A stretch of 59,500 nucleotides of DNA, counting the filler, from Sphacelaria rigidula (Eukaryota), in assembly GCA_964200075.2 (NCBI GenBank). It is 5 parts of 5 records of this genome, joined end to end, with 100 filler letters (N's around TTAATTAATTAA, not from the genome) between each part and the next. Parts side by side here need not be neighbours in the genome. Positions count along the whole stretch, not along the records: positions 47,683 to 59,500 come from CAXNAA020004464.1; 4 more parts are not named here. One strand, written 5' to 3'. Made by a program: the position numbers and the translations under genes. Shown in pieces: positions 56,100-59,500 of this stretch. Positions within the stretch are counted from its first letter, which is position 1. Every line of letters begins with the position of its first letter. The notes beneath the pieces are model-generated. The model was not told the origin of the DNA. It made no database searches and saw only the letters and a program-made list of their open reading frames with translations.

Positions 56100-58650
56100 G
56101 AAGGAACAAAGACTCCGAAATCTTCAGTACAACTTTGCAGAAGAATGGGTAGATTTTATGCTGGACATCAACATCTGGGGGGAAATCGAGGCGCTTGGGA
56201 ATGTCAGAACCGAGGGGAGCAAGAGGGTAGCCCCTCTACTTGGGATCAAGGAGACGCTTCCACAAGTATTCATACAGCTAACCGCCCAGTCCGGTATGAA
56301 GTACGATGAGCTAAAGCGAGCAGTATAGCACAATCAACATACCTGGCGTCCGACATGGAACGCTGCGACGAAGCAGTGATGTTCCAATCGAGAATCGACG
56401 GCAATGAAGCCGGCGCGAAGCTCAATTGCAATCAGTACAGATATTGTTCAAAACAGAATCACATACGGTGGGAATGCCCATCATATCTCGAAGGAAAACC
56501 TCCGGCTGAGCGACCGCCGGGGATGAGTACAGCACGAAAGTTATCATCCTCTCCACAAAACGGCAGGGGTGATGAGAAAAAGGAAAGATCGAGGGCATTC
56601 ATGACCATGAGCGTAGTAGTCGAAGATCAGGAAGTTTTCGAAAAATATCGAGGAGCATTCGTGTTCACGTCGGCCTACCGTCACACACAGGTCTCTGTTC
56701 CCTGTGACTCGGGGGCAAATTTCTGCATTAATCTATGAAAACAGGAGAGAAGGAACACGTGTACCGTCACTAGAATGTGTACGTTTGGGGGTAAAGGGGC
56801 AACTGTATGCGCTGGCAATGGAAGAAATGTGATAACGCGTAAATGTTCAGGACAAGCAAGCTCCGGTATAGGTCACACTGGAGAATATACTTCACGTCCC
56901 TGGACTATCGTGCCACCTGCTTAGTACCGGAACGATTTCCGCGTAACGGAGGAGAATTCGTGCACTCTGAGAAGAAGGAAGCTCACTTTGAGTTCAGAGA
57001 GGACGGATCGAAGATCCCCCTAGCCGAGGAAAGTGTTCTTCAATCTGTGACAACCATGCAGCATCGCTTCGTTCTCAAATAGGGAGCAGAAGCTGATATT
57101 GAAGGAATGACACAGTATCTTGGGACACATTGATCCAGCCGTCATCAAGCATTTAAAGAAACGGGGCTCATCGGATTAATCGTCATAACTGTCGCAACGG
57201 ACGTACAGTGCACGGTATGCCGCGAATGAAAATCTCAAGCTGTCTCCTACGACAGAGGAAGCGGAAGTTTCGAATGCACTCCAGGATGCCGTACCTATCG
57301 ACCTGGAAAAAAATCTTCCACCCGAGTACAACCGGAATTGAATACTTTCACATTTTCGCGAATGACGTGACACGCGACAAGCGCGTCGTGGGGCTGAAGA
57401 CTCGAGCTGCGGCTGCCGATGCAACAGCAACCTACATCGATGTGTTAGCTGGAGAGGGAGTGGCGATCAAGTGCATCAGCGGATATGAAGCTATTGAACT
57501 TGGCAGATCCGTCAACTTCCAACGCAGGCCTGCGGATCGGGTGAATAAGTGGAGAAGCTCACTACCAACTTCCAACGCATGCCGGCGGATCGGGTGAAAA
57601 AGTGGAGAAGCTCACCACCCCGGACAACCAATCTGGTGGATTCGACGACTTATGAGGATGGCACGCAGCCTTTTGGTGAAAGCGGGACGCGGGGGAAAAT
57701 ATTGCTTCTTGGCTGTGGCGGACGCAAGATCCAAGACAGGAATGCCTTGCACATAGCACGGGGGAGAGACTCCATGCGAGCGGCTTGCAGAAAAGCCGTT
57801 TAACTACGATTGCCCCAGCATGCGGGAGCGGAATGCTGCGTACATGAAAAATAATGACAACGAGAAGTGGGCTCGAAGTTCCACCCGTACGCAAAACGCG
57901 GGATAGTGGTCGGGCATGACCGCTTATCGCCAAGCTGGTACGTACAGCTAATCGAGAAGACCAAGCTCGCAAAGTCTTCGCATTGCCCGTTCGAATCAGA
58001 GGAAGATCCTAGACATCGTTGGGGAGTTGAAGGCTGTCAAATTGAGCGATGATGAAGACGAACGGTCGGAAGAAGCGAAAGCATCACGAATCGACGGCGA
58101 TGATTGTCCGGTGGACAGCCACCACAGGATCCGACATCATCAAACAGCTCTTCTCCGGATAGTAGAATGCGCAGGTTCAGTCAGCTAGCGCAACGGCGTC
58201 AGGTGAGTTACGCACAACAGTGCTTGAGGAGTTACGACGACAGCAGTTCCGATGATGGAAACTTCCTCGCCGCCTTACTAGCAAATGCCGGTGAAGGCAT
58301 ATCATGTATGCTCGGGGTAGTAGGCGAAATCGCCATTGGGCCAAAGGAACCGTCAACGCGAAACAAGACCTGGAAGGCCCTGATGTTGACAGATGGAAAG
58401 TGGCTATGGCGGAAGGAAATGAGAGGTCTCTGGGGTCAGGGGACGCCCGCCGACGAACCCCCATCGCACGAATTGATGCCAGTTACGAGGCGGTTCATAT
58501 TCAAGATCAAACACGCGGTGGTCGGAGAAGTATAGAGGTACAATGCCTAATTTGTGACTAGCGGGTTCACCCAGCGCAAGGATCTCGACATCTTCTTCGA
58601 GACGTCAAATCCGGTGGTCGACTTCGACGTCATGAGCACCGTCAGCTGAT
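56100..58650 (+). mobile_element. Ty1/Copia retrotransposon relic
   Basis: Knuckle YCSKQNHIRWEC, protease CDSGANFC, integrase remnants, SH3-like KFHPYAKRGIVVGH, RT start EPST...WKVAM...FIFKIK...GFTQR; PR-IN-RT order; many stops and frameshifts. Confidence 0.85.
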
Positions 58651-59204
58651 TCCTACGGATTGTAGAGTAGTACACCTCCAGGACTAGTGCGGGTGTATGA
58701 TAAGCTGGGGAGCAGATATTGATCTGAGGTTTACATGTGATTAGACCATGGGATATTATCTGGAGTATGGCCATGGCTGCTTGACATATGATATGGATGT
58801 ACGGAGGTGCAAGGTCACTTCCGATAACGAAGGCTGTCCAGGAGGGTCTATAGGATACAATAGATCCCAAAACAACCGCGCTGTGATGTTGTAGCCATGA
58901 GAGCAAAGCAAAAGCACACATCAACAACCATCGCATTGTGCGGTACAGCAATGTACATGGCATCGACCTGCCACGATGCCCCCTGATGGCAGGCACACGT
59001 ATGTGCATTATCAGCCAGTGCACCCCCGCTAGTGAATCGAACCGAACAAGATTCTGGACGCCGAAATGGGAAATAATATTCCGGGGTTGTGCATGCACTG
59101 TATTTGTTGCCCCCGCTTACTCTATCGTCAGTGTGGGCGCTGTGGGAAGTGAATGAAACGTCAGAGCTCCGTATCGGGGGAGACTTGCATTTTCGTGCAA
59201 CGTC

Positions 59205-59407
59205 CATGATGCTCAGATTCATCATGGATATGGATATCCATCTGGGATCATCAATCTTGGATAAGGATATGTATATAATATATATACATATTTGATCTCT
59301 ATCATCCAATATAAATACTTCCCTATTCGTACCACTTGACAATAACACTCGCCACACCCCTAACCCAGATCATGGGTATATATCCATGATAGATTAAGGG
59401 CAATGGC
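59205..59407. mobile_element. Possible small MITE
   Basis: ATCATGGATATGGATATCCATCTGGG versus CCCAGATCATGGGTATATATCCATGAT inverted ends. Confidence 0.4.
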
Positions 59408-59500
59408 GTAGAATAGGTATACCTTCTCGTTTTTTGCCTACGAAAGGTACGAAAAATGTCCAGACACGCGAAAACAGCCAAACCCGCCATTTTGACCGTT

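Overview
Eukaryotic, repeat-rich DNA, most likely from a brown alga (Phaeophyceae). This is inferred from the multi-intron GDP-mannose 4,6-dehydratase gene, an EsV-1-7 repeat protein and TTAGGG-like motifs. The window is not one contiguous locus: it is five ~11.82-kb blocks joined by identical 100-bp N44-TTAATTAATTAA-N44 spacers, and junction sequence suggests the blocks were reordered. Block 1 holds an intact 8-exon GMD gene (381 aa, minus strand). Block 2 holds an EsV-1-7 (C-x4-C...C-x2-H) tandem-repeat gene with hypervariable repeat positions, a triple-nested set of non-autonomous transposons, and a truncated Ty3/Gypsy element. Block 3 is a dense collection of MITEs. Block 4 holds a spliced, pseudogenised DUF7869/Sola-like DDD transposase, interrupted by a CACAC-terminated element whose removal restores the frame, lying head-to-head with a ParB/Srx-like domain exon. 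Block 5 holds a possible 2OG-Fe(II) oxygenase relic, degenerate 42-bp arrays and a decayed Ty1/Copia element. The best candidates for something undescribed are the transposase plus ParB cargo unit and the EsV-1-7 array as a possible modular recognition code. All family assignments come from motif recognition by eye; no database searches were run.
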